DNA of 32,000 bases from Nitrosomonas sp. Nm132 (lineage in GTDB: Bacteria > Pseudomonadota > Gammaproteobacteria > Burkholderiales > Nitrosomonadaceae). Below the pieces are notes generated by a model. That model had not been told where the DNA came from. It made no database searches and saw only the letters and a list, made by a program, of their open reading frames with translations. Location: the NCBI RefSeq assembly GCF_900100485.1, contig NZ_FNDH01000001.1, positions 41,681-73,680 on the forward strand. Direction: 5' to 3'. The position numbers and the translations under genes were made by a program. The first letter of the stretch is position 1; every line of letters begins with the position of its first letter. Of this stretch, positions 1 to 9,563 are shown piece after piece.

Positions 1-993
1 TTTCCCGAGCAATTCGTCACTGTGGTGCCACCGCAAATGCGCGAGGGCCCCGAGTGGTTTCAGGGCACGGCAGATGCGGTATATCAGAACCTCAATCTGA
101 TTCGCCAGCACGCCCCGGATCTGGTAGCGGTGTTCGGCGCCGATCATATTTACCGCATGGACGTGCAGCAGATGGCCCGGTTTCACCTGGAGAATAATGC
201 CGACGTGACCGTGGCAGCGTTGCCAGTACTGCTTGCGCAGGCCAGCGCTTTTGGCGTGATCGAGAGCACTCGCGACGGGCAAATACGCCAGTTCCATGAA
301 AAGCCTCAACATCCGCTCTCCATGCCGGAAGATCCGGCCCGAGCCTATGCTTCGATGGGTAATTATCTGTTCAGTACCAACACCTTGCTCGCCGCCTTGG
401 AGGAAGGTAAACATCGCGGTGAAAAAGATTTCGGCCACCACCTGTTACCGCGTTTGTGTCAGCGTCACCGGGTATTTGCCTACAATTTCTCCGACAATCG
501 TGTGCCTGGCGTGCGTGATTATGAGGAGTCGCACTATTGGCGAGATGTCGGCACGATTGATGCCTATTTCCTCGCCCATCAGGATTTGCTGGGGATCGAG
601 CCGAAATTCAATCTGTTTAATCCCCAGTGGCGATTCGCCTCCAGCGAATACCTGGGTCCCTCGGCGAAATTCATCCGTGCTGAGATCGAGAACAGTATCA
701 TCGGTGACGGTAGTTTCATCAAGGGTGCCAGCGTCCACAACTCTGTTATTCGTCGAGAGGTGTTAATCGAAGAGGATGTTGAGATCGATGAATGCATCGT
801 GATGGATTACACCGTTATCCGTCGGGGCGCACGACTTAAGCGCGCCATCATAGACCGCTACAACCTGATCGGAGCCGGCAGTCGAATCGGTTACGATCGA
901 CAAGCTGACGCCGCGCGTTACACCGTCACAGACTCAGGCATCGTGGTCGTGCCAAAAGGGAAATACAGTGGCTATATCGGTCATTATTTGTAA
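1..993 (+). CDS. glgC: glucose-1-phosphate adenylyltransferase (ADP-glucose pyrophosphorylase), 5' end outside window
   Basis: Frame 1 is open from base 1, so the listed GTG at 22 is internal. The translation (WFQGTADAVYQNLNLI, FGADHIYRMD, ASAFGV, ASMGNYLF, YWRDVGTIDAY, then a hexapeptide-repeat-like C-terminus) follows the conserved GlgC core. Stop TAA at 991-993. Confidence 0.9.
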   Translation, partial: FPEQFVTVVPPQMREGPEWFQGTADAVYQNLNLIRQHAPDLVAVFGADHIYRMDVQQMARFHLENNADVTVAALPVLLAQASAFGVIESTRDGQIRQFHEKPQHPLSMPEDPARAYASMGNYLFSTNTLLAALEEGKHRGEKDFGHHLLPRLCQRHRVFAYNFSDNRVPGVRDYEESHYWRDVGTIDAYFLAHQDLLGIEPKFNLFNPQWRFASSEYLGPSAKFIRAEIENSIIGDGSFIKGASVHNSVIRREVLIEEDVEIDECIVMDYTVIRRGARLKRAIIDRYNLIGAGSRIGYDRQADAARYTVTDSGIVVVPKGKYSGYIGHYL

Positions 994-997
994 TGAA

Positions 998-2833
998 ATG
1001 GGTATGAAACGACAACATTGCATGCCCTTCGGCGCTGAGTTTACCCAAGAGGGCAAGGTACGTTTTCGTCTCTGGGCGCCAGCAGCCCATCAGGTCATGC
1101 TGCTGGTCGACAATGAAGCGCCGATGCCCATGCAGGCGGCAGGACAAGGGTGGTATCAGTGGGTAAGCGAGCAGGCGCGGGCGGGCAGCCGCTATCGCTA
1201 TCAAATCGACAGTGGATTGTGCGTACCCGACCCTGCTTCACGCTATAACCCTGACGACGTGCACGGAGCCAGCGAGGTGATCGACCCCGCTGCGTTCGAC
1301 TGGCAGGATGGTGCCTGGCGTGGCCGGCCCTGGGAAGAGGCGGTGATTTATGAAATTCACGTTGGCAGCTTCACCCCACAGGGCACTTTCGCGGCTATCG
1401 AGCAAAAACTGGACTATCTGGCTGGACTCGGCGTGACCGCCATCGAACTGATGCCCGTGGCCGATTTTCCTGGACAGCGCAACTGGGGCTACGACGGCGC
1501 CTTGCTGTTTGCGCCGGACAGCGTCTACGGTACGCCAGAAGATCTCAAACGCCTAATACAAAGCGCGCATCAGCGTGGATTGATGGTGTTACTCGATGTC
1601 GTCTACAATCACTTCGGGCCGGAGGGCAATTATCTTCATCTGTATGCCCCGCAATTTTTCACGGAACGGCACCACACTCTCTGGGGCGCAGCGATCAACT
1701 TCGATGGTGAAAATTCGCGGATCGTACGCGATTTCTACATTCATAACGCACTTTACTGGCTGGCAGAATATCACTTCGACGGCCTGCGGCTGGATGCGGT
1801 GCACGCCATCCTCGATGACAGCCGGCCTGATATTCTGGAAACGCTGGCGCAGGCGGTGCGCGCAACACTCGGTGCGGAGCGCCACATTCACCTCATCCTG
1901 GAAAATGACCACAATGCCGCCCATTACCTCATGCGTAGACAGAACGGACAAACCATCCATTACGATGCCCAATGGAATGACGATGCCCATCATGCCTACC
2001 ATGTGCTGTTGACCCATGAGCGTGATGGCTATTATGCCGATTACGCGAACCAAACTATCCACCATTTAGGACGCTGCCTGACCGAAGGATTTGCTTATCA
2101 GGGTGAGATTTCTGCTTACCGTCGGGGCGAATCTCGCGGTGAGCCGAGCGCTCAGCTGCCACCCACGGCCTTTGTCGCTTTTCTGCAAAATCATGATCAG
2201 ATCGGCAATCGTGCGTGGGGTGAACGCCTGACGGTATTAGCTGCACCGCAAGCGTTGCGTGCTGCCACCATTTTGTTGCTGCTGTCGCCCTCGGTGCCCT
2301 TGCTGTTTATGGGTGAGGAATGGGGTGCATGCGAGCCGTTTCCTTTTTTTTGTGGATTTAACGGCGAACTGGCTGAGGCCGTAACCGCGGGACGGCGCAA
2401 GGAATTTGCCTGCTTCGCGCGTTTTCGCGATTCGACTGCACGGGAAGCCATTCCCGATCCCTGTGCAGTCCGCACCTTTGAGCTGGCCAAGCTGGACTGG
2501 CAGGCACAGAACCATCCGCCACACCGTGCATGGCTCATGTTATATCAGGAACTGCTGGCTTTGCGGCAGCAGATGATCGTTCCTCATGTGCGCGACATAC
2601 GTGGCAGTGGTTTTGAAGTGCTGGCAGCGCATGCGCTACATGCCGGTTGGCAGCTTAGTGACGCTAGGCAGCTGGCAGTGTACGCCAATTTAGGAGAAAC
2701 AGCGGCCAACCTGCCTGCCACGCCGCAGGGTAAATTGTTCTATGGGAGCGAGGTCGATCTTGATTACCGGCTTTCATCGGGTGTCTTGCCTGCATTCACC
2801 GTAGCCTGGTATCTAAGGGAGGACCATGAGTAA
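998..2833 (+). CDS. treZ: malto-oligosyltrehalose trehalohydrolase (GH13)
   Basis: ORF 968..2833. The first ATGs after the glgC stop are at 998 and 1004, so the start is ambiguous within 968-1004. N-terminal FGAEF..VRFRLWAP E-set module. GH13 motifs DVVYNHFGPEGNY, GLRLDAVHAI, ILENDHN and FLQNHDQIGNR. The end overlaps the next start (ATGAGTAA). Confidence 0.85.
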   Translation: MGMKRQHCMPFGAEFTQEGKVRFRLWAPAAHQVMLLVDNEAPMPMQAAGQGWYQWVSEQARAGSRYRYQIDSGLCVPDPASRYNPDDVHGASEVIDPAAFDWQDGAWRGRPWEEAVIYEIHVGSFTPQGTFAAIEQKLDYLAGLGVTAIELMPVADFPGQRNWGYDGALLFAPDSVYGTPEDLKRLIQSAHQRGLMVLLDVVYNHFGPEGNYLHLYAPQFFTERHHTLWGAAINFDGENSRIVRDFYIHNALYWLAEYHFDGLRLDAVHAILDDSRPDILETLAQAVRATLGAERHIHLILENDHNAAHYLMRRQNGQTIHYDAQWNDDAHHAYHVLLTHERDGYYADYANQTIHHLGRCLTEGFAYQGEISAYRRGESRGEPSAQLPPTAFVAFLQNHDQIGNRAWGERLTVLAAPQALRAATILLLLSPSVPLLFMGEEWGACEPFPFFCGFNGELAEAVTAGRRKEFACFARFRDSTAREAIPDPCAVRTFELAKLDWQAQNHPPHRAWLMLYQELLALRQQMIVPHVRDIRGSGFEVLAAHALHAGWQLSDARQLAVYANLGETAANLPATPQGKLFYGSEVDLDYRLSSGVLPAFTVAWYLREDHE

Positions 2834-5800
2834 GCTTGAAAACGAATTTGAGTTACTGACCCATCTAAGCGAACTGGCGGGTATCTTGCCAGCCTACACC
2901 GATAACTGGCAGCAGCAGCACCTCACCTCCCCTACCACCCAGCGCATGCTGCTGGCTGCCATGGGGTTCGATGTGTCCACACCGGAAAAAATCGCTGCCG
3001 CCATTAAGGAGCGCGAGTTGCATCCCTGGCGGCGAGCGCTGGAAGCGGTGTCAGTGGTTCGAGAGCAGGCAGCTTGGGTACGGCTGGTCACACAGGACAC
3101 TTCCGCTGATGAAGAGTGGGAATGGCGTCTGGATCTGGAAGACGGTGGCAACCTGAGTGGCCAGTTTCAACCGCAAACCCTGCCGCAAATTGGAGCCAGG
3201 AAAATCAATGGTATAGTGCATACTGCCTGGCAGCTCGCGATGCCCGGACGCCTTGCGCCGGGCTATCATCGCCTGACACTATCGCGTGCCGGTAAGCCCT
3301 GTGCAGAGCAGACCTTCATCGTTGTCCCCGCTACCTGTTATCAGCCTGAAGCCATCACTCATTCCGGCCGCATCTGGGGGCCAGCCGTGCAACTGTACGC
3401 AGTGCGGTCCGAGCGTAATTGGGGAATGGGCGACTTTACCGATCTGCGGCTATTGCTGGAGCAATGGGCAGCACAGGGCGCGGATATCATCGGCGTCAAC
3501 CCGATGCACGCCTTGTTTCCGCATAATCCGGAACACGCGAGTCCGTACAGTCCTTCCAGCCGCTTATTTTTCAATATCCTTTATCTCGATGTGGAGGCCA
3601 TCGACGATTTTTACGAATGCGATGCGGCGCGCGCCATATTACGCACGCCCGAGTTTCAGATCCGGCTGGAAGGATTACGGGCGACCGAGATGGTCGATTA
3701 CGCGGGTGTCGCCGCGCTCAAGCTGCCCATGCTGGAAATGCTGTACCGCCATTTCTGTGAGCGGCACCTGGCAGCGGATAGCGAGCGTGCCGCTGTATTT
3801 CGCGCCTTTCAGACGCGTGAGGGTGAACGGCTGTACCGCCATACTCTATTCGAGGCACTACAAGAGTATTTCCATAATCAGGATCCCAATGCATGGGGTT
3901 GGCCGGTCTGGCCAAAGGCCTACCGCCATCCTGAAGCAGCAGAAGTACATGAATTTGAGGCCCAACATCGAGATCGCGTCGAATTTTTTGCTTACCTGCA
4001 ATGGCAGGCTGACTTACAGCTTGCTGCCGTGGGATGGCGCTCACTGGAATTGGGACTCGGTGCAGGTCTCTATCTCGATCTGTCGGTCTCGGTCGATGGC
4101 GGCGGTGCAGAAGCTTGGGCCAATCAGGCGCTTTATGCCATTGGTGTGGGAGTAGGCGCGCCACCAGAGCTCGGCAACCAGCTCGGCCAGGACTGGGGGT
4201 TGCCGCCATTCGTACCGGATCGCCTGCGTGAGGCAGCCTATGCGCCTTTCATTGCCACGCTGCGGCATAATATGCGACACGCAGGCGCATTGCGTCTCGA
4301 TCATGTCATGGGATTGATGCGTCAATACTGGGTGCCTGCTGGCGTATCACCTACTGAAGGCGCTTATGTGCGTTACCCTTTCGAGGATCTGCTCGGGATT
4401 CTGGCGCTGGAAAGCCAGCGTAACCAGTGCCTGGTTATCGGCGAAGATCTGGGAACCGTGCCGGAGGAAGTACAGGCTGCCTTACCGCCCTTAGGCATCC
4501 TCTCGTATCGTTTGCTGATAATGGAAAAAGAAGCAACGGGCAGCTTCACTGCGCCAGAGAACTATTCCGCCCAAGCGCTTGCGGCAGTGACCACGCATGA
4601 TTTACCGACGCTGCCAGGCTACTGGCAAGGACACGATATCATCCAGCGTACGGCGCTCCGACTATTCAGCTCCGATGAGGCTCGCCGGACTCAGGTGGTC
4701 ATGCGCTCCCAGGAACGCGCTTATCTCTTGCTGATGCTGGAGCAGACCGGATTGTTGCCGGAAGGGCTGACGGTTGATCCAGTGTCACTGCCAGTCGCCA
4801 CACCGGAATTGATCCAGGCGGTCTATAGCTATCTGGCCCGCAGCCCAGCTCGGGTCCTGATGGTGCAAATCGAGGATATACTGGATGTACTGGATCAAGT
4901 CAATATTCCCTCCACCACCACGCAGCATCCCAATTGGCGACGTAAGCTCCCTATCAATCTCGAAGCCTGTGCGGCTGACCGCCGGGTACTCGCGCTGGCT
5001 GCAGCCATGCGGCAAGAGCGTCCTCGCACCCGTACTGCGCCCGTGCTGAAACGGCGCTTACGCATTCCCCTTGCCACTTACCGCTTGCAGCTCAACCGTA
5101 ACTTCACCTTTGCGCAAGCAACGCAGCTGGTACCTTATCTGGCAGCACTGGGCATCAGCCATGCCTATTGCTCGAGTTACCTCAAGGCGCGTCCCGGCAG
5201 CAGCCATGGCTACGATATCGTCGACCACAACGCGCTCAATCCGGAGATTGGCACCCAGGAAGAATTCGAAGCTTTTTGTACCACATTGCATGCGCATGGT
5301 ATGGGGCAAATCCTGGATCTGGTACCCAACCACATGGGCGTGATGAGCGCAGACAATCAATGGTGGCTAGATGTGCTGGAAAGTGGTCCCGCCTCGGTTT
5401 ATGCGCCTTTTTTTGATATCGACTGGCAGCCTCTCAAAGAAGGGTTGCGTGGCAAGGTGCTGTTACCCATCCTGGGACGATCCTATGGCGACACCTTGGA
5501 AGATGGCGAATTAAAACTCAACTTTGACGAGGCGTGCGGGAGCTTCAGTGTATGGTATTACCAGCACCGCCTGCCCATCGCCCCACGCGAATATCCCCGC
5601 CTGTTGCGGCATCGCCTATCCCTGCTGGAAGCGCAACTGCGGCCGGATGACCCGGATTTGCAGGGACTCGCCAGTCTGATTACGGCGTTTGATCATCTGC
5701 CGCCACAGGAGGCGACCACGCCCGATAAGGTCCTGGAGCGGCACCGCGACCAGGAGTTGCTCAAACGGCGCCTCGCGGCATTGGCTGGTATTTCCCCGTC

Positions 5801-7946
5801 CATCAGACAGACCGTGCTGGATACGGTCAACGACTACAACGGTAGTCCTGGCGATCCCGGTTCTTTTGCTTTGCTGCATGAGCTGCTTGAAGCTCAGCCC
5901 TGGCGCGTGGCTAACTGGCGCGTGGCTTCCGATGAAATCAATTACCGCCGCTTTTTTGACATCAATGATCTCGCTGCCCTGCGCGTGGAAGACAATCATG
6001 TCTTTGAAGCTACCCATCAGCTGGTACTGAAATGGGTTGCCGAGGGTAAAGTGGATGGCTTGCGCATTGACCATCCGGATGGGTTATATGATCCCACGCA
6101 GTATTTTCAGCGGCTGCAGGAGCGCGTGGCGATGCGCTCCCCTTCAATGGAAGGAGAAAAAGCCATTTATATCGTGGCAGAAAAAATCCTCGCCAGCCAT
6201 GAACCATTACGCGAGGATTGGGCCATCCATGGCACTACCGGCTATGACTTTTGCAATCTGGTCAATAGTCTGTTCGTTGATCTCCACGCGAGAACAACGC
6301 TGGAGCGCACCTATCGCTCGTTTACTCACGCCCGGCCCGATTTTGAAGAACTCGTTTACCGCAGCAAGCACCAGATCATGAAATATAGCATGGCCAGCGA
6401 ACTGAACGTCATGGCGGGACAATTAAGCCGAATTTGCGAATTGCGGCCGCATACGCGTGACTTTACCACCAGTAACCTGCGTCATGCCCTTGCCGAAGTA
6501 ATCGCTCGGCTGCCTGTCTACCGTACTTACGTGCGCGACAGCCAGGTTTCTGTACTTGATCGCCGCTATGTAGAATGGGCTGTGGCTCAGTCCAAGAAAT
6601 TCACCCAGGTGCTGGATATCAGCATTTTCGATTTTCTTGGCTCTGTGCTCCTGCTGGACGCCGCGGCCGATAGAGACCCGCCCTATGCCGCCGCGATTAC
6701 TGCATTTGCCATGAAGTTCCAGCAGCTTTCCGGCCCGGTGATGGCCAAAGGCTACGAAGATACCGCGTTCTATCTGTACCATCGCCTGATTTCCCTGGAC
6801 GAGGTAGGCGGCGACCCTCGCCTCTTCGGCATTTCGGTAAAAGCCTTCCATGCCGAGAATGCCAAGCGGCTGGAACGCTGGCCTTATTCCATGCTCAATA
6901 CCTCCACGCATGACAGCAAACGCAGCGAAGACGTGCGTGCGCGCATCAATGTATTGTCTGAAATGCCCAGTCATTGGCATCAGCAGGCGTTGCGTTGGCG
7001 ACGGCTCAACCGAAGCAAGAAATTGCTGCTTGATCGCGAGGAAATCCCCAGCGCCAATGACGAATACCTGATTTACCAAACCTTGATTGGCATCTGGCCG
7101 TTCACGGAGCTGATTGCAGAAGAGCATGAAGCCTTGCTGGCACGCATTGAGGCGTATCTGCTCAAAGCAGTGCGCGAAGCCAAACAGCACACCAGTTGGA
7201 TCAATCCGCGCATGTCCTATGAAGAGGGTCTATCAAGCTTTATCAGGAAGATACTGAATCTATCTGACAAAAACACTTTCCTGGCCGACTTCCTTCCTTT
7301 CCAGCAGCGTGTGGCCTACTGGGGAATGTTCAGCTCGCTCTCACAGACCTTGCTCAAATTGACCGTGCCCGGCGTGCCGGACATCTACCAGGGCAACGAG
7401 CTATGGGATTTCAGCCTGGTGGACCCGGACAACCGCCGCCCGGTGAACTACGCTCAGCGCCAGCAGTTGCTGAAGGAACTGGAAGCATCTGTAGCCGTTC
7501 CTCAAGATGCGCTGGCCAAGCAAGTCCGGCAACTGCTCGATGACATGACGGATGGACGCGCCAAGCTGTATTTGACGTGGCGCTTGCTGCATAGCCGCAA
7601 GCGATGGCCCAATGTTTTCCAGGACGGCGCCTACCTGCCGCTCATGACGGCAGGATCACGGAAAGATCATCTGTGCGCCTTCGCCCGCCAGGCAGACGAG
7701 ATTACTCTGGTAATTGTCGCACCACGCTGGTTTTCACGGCTGATACCCGCAGCGTCAGGTCAACTGCCTTTGGGCAACACCGTGTGGGGCACCACAACGG
7801 TTGAAGTGCCTAATCTTGCTGCAGGAATGCGGGGGGTGAATGTACTGACAGGGGAAATCGTGGAAGTAACTCAAACAAATGACATCCCTACGCTGGCCGC
7901 TGCAACGCTATTCATTTCATTTCCGGTCGCTTTACTGCAATTCTGA
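2826..7946 (+). CDS. malQ-treY: fused 4-alpha-glucanotransferase (GH77, residues ~1-735) / malto-oligosyltrehalose synthase (GH13, residues ~748-1706)
   Basis: Single uninterrupted 1706-aa ORF. The N-half has MalQ-type motifs (WGMGDFTDL, GVNPMHALFP, SPYSPSSRLF, LRLDHVMGL, IGEDLGTVP, THDLPTL, HPNWRRKL). From ~nt 5061 it reads LATYRLQLNRNFTF...GISHAYCSSYLKARPGSSHGYDIVDH...LDLVPNHMGV...GLRIDHPDGL...TSTHDSKRSEDVRARI, typical of TreY. There is an 8-bp overlap with the treZ stop. Confidence 0.85.
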   Translation: MSKLENEFELLTHLSELAGILPAYTDNWQQQHLTSPTTQRMLLAAMGFDVSTPEKIAAAIKERELHPWRRALEAVSVVREQAAWVRLVTQDTSADEEWEWRLDLEDGGNLSGQFQPQTLPQIGARKINGIVHTAWQLAMPGRLAPGYHRLTLSRAGKPCAEQTFIVVPATCYQPEAITHSGRIWGPAVQLYAVRSERNWGMGDFTDLRLLLEQWAAQGADIIGVNPMHALFPHNPEHASPYSPSSRLFFNILYLDVEAIDDFYECDAARAILRTPEFQIRLEGLRATEMVDYAGVAALKLPMLEMLYRHFCERHLAADSERAAVFRAFQTREGERLYRHTLFEALQEYFHNQDPNAWGWPVWPKAYRHPEAAEVHEFEAQHRDRVEFFAYLQWQADLQLAAVGWRSLELGLGAGLYLDLSVSVDGGGAEAWANQALYAIGVGVGAPPELGNQLGQDWGLPPFVPDRLREAAYAPFIATLRHNMRHAGALRLDHVMGLMRQYWVPAGVSPTEGAYVRYPFEDLLGILALESQRNQCLVIGEDLGTVPEEVQAALPPLGILSYRLLIMEKEATGSFTAPENYSAQALAAVTTHDLPTLPGYWQGHDIIQRTALRLFSSDEARRTQVVMRSQERAYLLLMLEQTGLLPEGLTVDPVSLPVATPELIQAVYSYLARSPARVLMVQIEDILDVLDQVNIPSTTTQHPNWRRKLPINLEACAADRRVLALAAAMRQERPRTRTAPVLKRRLRIPLATYRLQLNRNFTFAQATQLVPYLAALGISHAYCSSYLKARPGSSHGYDIVDHNALNPEIGTQEEFEAFCTTLHAHGMGQILDLVPNHMGVMSADNQWWLDVLESGPASVYAPFFDIDWQPLKEGLRGKVLLPILGRSYGDTLEDGELKLNFDEACGSFSVWYYQHRLPIAPREYPRLLRHRLSLLEAQLRPDDPDLQGLASLITAFDHLPPQEATTPDKVLERHRDQELLKRRLAALAGISPSIRQTVLDTVNDYNGSPGDPGSFALLHELLEAQPWRVANWRVASDEINYRRFFDINDLAALRVEDNHVFEATHQLVLKWVAEGKVDGLRIDHPDGLYDPTQYFQRLQERVAMRSPSMEGEKAIYIVAEKILASHEPLREDWAIHGTTGYDFCNLVNSLFVDLHARTTLERTYRSFTHARPDFEELVYRSKHQIMKYSMASELNVMAGQLSRICELRPHTRDFTTSNLRHALAEVIARLPVYRTYVRDSQVSVLDRRYVEWAVAQSKKFTQVLDISIFDFLGSVLLLDAAADRDPPYAAAITAFAMKFQQLSGPVMAKGYEDTAFYLYHRLISLDEVGGDPRLFGISVKAFHAENAKRLERWPYSMLNTSTHDSKRSEDVRARINVLSEMPSHWHQQALRWRRLNRSKKLLLDREEIPSANDEYLIYQTLIGIWPFTELIAEEHEALLARIEAYLLKAVREAKQHTSWINPRMSYEEGLSSFIRKILNLSDKNTFLADFLPFQQRVAYWGMFSSLSQTLLKLTVPGVPDIYQGNELWDFSLVDPDNRRPVNYAQRQQLLKELEASVAVPQDALAKQVRQLLDDMTDGRAKLYLTWRLLHSRKRWPNVFQDGAYLPLMTAGSRKDHLCAFARQADEITLVIVAPRWFSRLIPAASGQLPLGNTVWGTTTVEVPNLAAGMRGVNVLTGEIVEVTQTNDIPTLAAATLFISFPVALLQF

Positions 7947-7993
7947 CCTTAAAGAAATTGAGTTCTGGATGGGTCATTATTCCGGGAAGAGGG

Positions 7994-8065
7994 GTCGCGA
8001 ATCAAGAAAAATAAGAACGGTCACTGAGGTTATTGTTCACCCGAATAAGAATTCATGATTCTGGT
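7994..8065 (+). repeat. ~70-bp intergenic direct repeat, copy A
   Basis: gtcgcgaatcaagaaaaataa...ggttattgttcacc.gaataagaattcatgat.ct.gt recurs at 9468-9536 in the same orientation. The match is roughly 85% by eye with a 3-bp indel. Contains a small AATAAC/GTTATT hairpin. Confidence 0.8.
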
Positions 8066-8138
8066 ATCTGACCCTTTCTGTGCTGCCATTCAAACCCGAT
8101 GTATCGCTCTTTGGGTTAATATCTTGTGACAACACTAT

Positions 8139-9275
8139 CTAGAATCTATATGTGTAACGCAAAAAAGAATCGAGATCCTGACGTTTTTGTAATGAGCTCG
8201 TATGCTGTCGGATATCCTCGCTATAGCGCATGCGGACTTCGATGGTTTGGTTTTTATCGATAACCCATTTATAGCGTACCTCGGCCACATAGGCATTATC
8301 ATTAAAGGATGGCGTCAGCAGCCAGCCATCCCCGATACGAGCGAGCGCAAATCCAAGACTATGCTGTGGAACGATATCGATAAAATTGAAAGTGACTTGG
8401 GCCGCGAGTCCATCGGCATTACCCGACGCGCCCGTTCTTATTGTGCTGCGTTTTGGCACATTCGGCGCGTACCCTAATTCCCCCCCAAGCATGAAATTTA
8501 GGCTGCCTCTTATTGGCCACTGCGCTGCCAAACGTCCGACCACGGCCCAGTAATCGGTGACGATACCAGAGCCTACCCCTTCGCTGTGCAGAGCACTCGG
8601 CAACCAGTTAATATCCACCGTACGCTGAACAATTGGGCCGGCTTTCTGGGTATTTTCAACGCTTGCAAAATAAGACACCCGGCTGCCATCTTCGCTGAAA
8701 TCAAGAGGCGCACTGCGCGGCTGTGTTGCACCTTGAGCATAATTGTACTGGGCAATCGCCGTCGTGTTCCAGCCATTCTCAGCCTTGTATTTGATTTGCA
8801 CGCCATCAGTCCAGGTGATATTGGTGAATGCGCTGTCTTCACGATCCAGTGATTTTTCGGCTACCCCTTTCAGTAGGGCTTTACTCTGGAAGCGGCCTAC
8901 GAGAATTTCCCAGACATCGGCGGGGCGGTATTCAACATAAATCTCGTCGAAAGTGGAATCACCCTGACGTAACCCATCCTGTGTAGGGATGTTGTCAAAA
9001 ATCTTGAAGTGCAAATTGCTGTCACGGGTGGAATAACGTCCTGCGAAACGTACCTGCATCCGCCATTGCTCATTAAATTTCGCACCAATCCCGACGCGAG
9101 GGCGAAATCGAAGTTCGTGGGTTGATTCTTCTTTACTATTGCGGTCATCGCGCTCGCGCGAGAAAAAACTAGCACGCACATCACCATTAAGTGAAAATTC
9201 CACAGCGGAAGCTGGAGTAATCGAATGCAGGCATACTCCACAGAGCATGAGAGTCGTCCATTTCCTAAATAACAC
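8139..9275 (-). CDS. outer-membrane beta-barrel (porin-like) protein
   Basis: 378-aa ORF with signal peptide MLFRKWTTLMLCGVCLHSITPASA|VEF. Alternating amphipathic strands throughout. C-terminal YTYRF (terminal Phe) is typical of OMP beta-barrels. No specific family assigned. Confidence 0.6.
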   Translation of the reverse strand: MLFRKWTTLMLCGVCLHSITPASAVEFSLNGDVRASFFSRERDDRNSKEESTHELRFRPRVGIGAKFNEQWRMQVRFAGRYSTRDSNLHFKIFDNIPTQDGLRQGDSTFDEIYVEYRPADVWEILVGRFQSKALLKGVAEKSLDREDSAFTNITWTDGVQIKYKAENGWNTTAIAQYNYAQGATQPRSAPLDFSEDGSRVSYFASVENTQKAGPIVQRTVDINWLPSALHSEGVGSGIVTDYWAVVGRLAAQWPIRGSLNFMLGGELGYAPNVPKRSTIRTGASGNADGLAAQVTFNFIDIVPQHSLGFALARIGDGWLLTPSFNDNAYVAEVRYKWVIDKNQTIEVRMRYSEDIRQHTSSLQKRQDLDSFLRYTYRF

Positions 9276-9467
9276 AGAATAACTTCTAAAACCATAATAA
9301 GTTATAAAAAATTCTGTTGGCCTCCCAATGCTGCTCTTGCCAACGATCTTTCAGCCCGAAGCTTACCGTTCACTAATCACAGAATCTTCTTGAGAATAGC
9401 AGATTAAGGCTTCCTCTGTAGTGTCCTGACTGCTTCAGAGGTGGTTAGCGCACGAAAGGGATCAAGT

Positions 9468-9536
9468 GTCGCGAATCAAGAAAAATAACGGCAACTGGGG
9501 TTATTGTTCACCAGAATAAGAATTCATGATCCTAGT
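9468..9536 (+). repeat. ~70-bp intergenic direct repeat, copy B
   Basis: Same-orientation copy of 7994-8065. It lies between the OMP start and the TIR gene stop. Confidence 0.8.
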
Positions 9537-9563
9537 CCAGGTTATGGTCTTAATCATAACAAT

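Noticed and set aside
968-997. treZ start at 968, overlapping glgC by 26 bp
   Set aside because: The ATGs at 998 and 1004 lie just after the glgC stop and fit the TreZ N-terminus. The upstream extension (MAISVIICNE) is not TreZ-like.
3286-4155. 289-aa + strand ORF inside malQ-treY
   Set aside because: It is out of frame within a well-supported coding region, has Arg/Ser/Pro-rich low-complexity composition, and lacks an RBS.
6423-7190. 255-aa minus-strand ORF
   Set aside because: It is antisense to the conserved TreY domain region and looks like a typical shadow ORF of GC-balanced coding DNA.
7994-9536. The ~70-bp direct repeats as attC sites, which would make the TIR and OMP genes cassettes 3 and 4
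   Set aside because: They have only a 6-bp AATAAC/GTTATT hairpin. There is no L''/L' arm pairing, no GTTRRRY core at the expected end, and the upstream context is not conserved between the copies.
9541-9560. GTTATG-N8-CATAAC hairpin just after the TIR stop as an attC remnant
   Set aside because: It is a simple 6-bp palindrome, far shorter than any attC. It has core-like motifs in the wrong order and no second arm pair.
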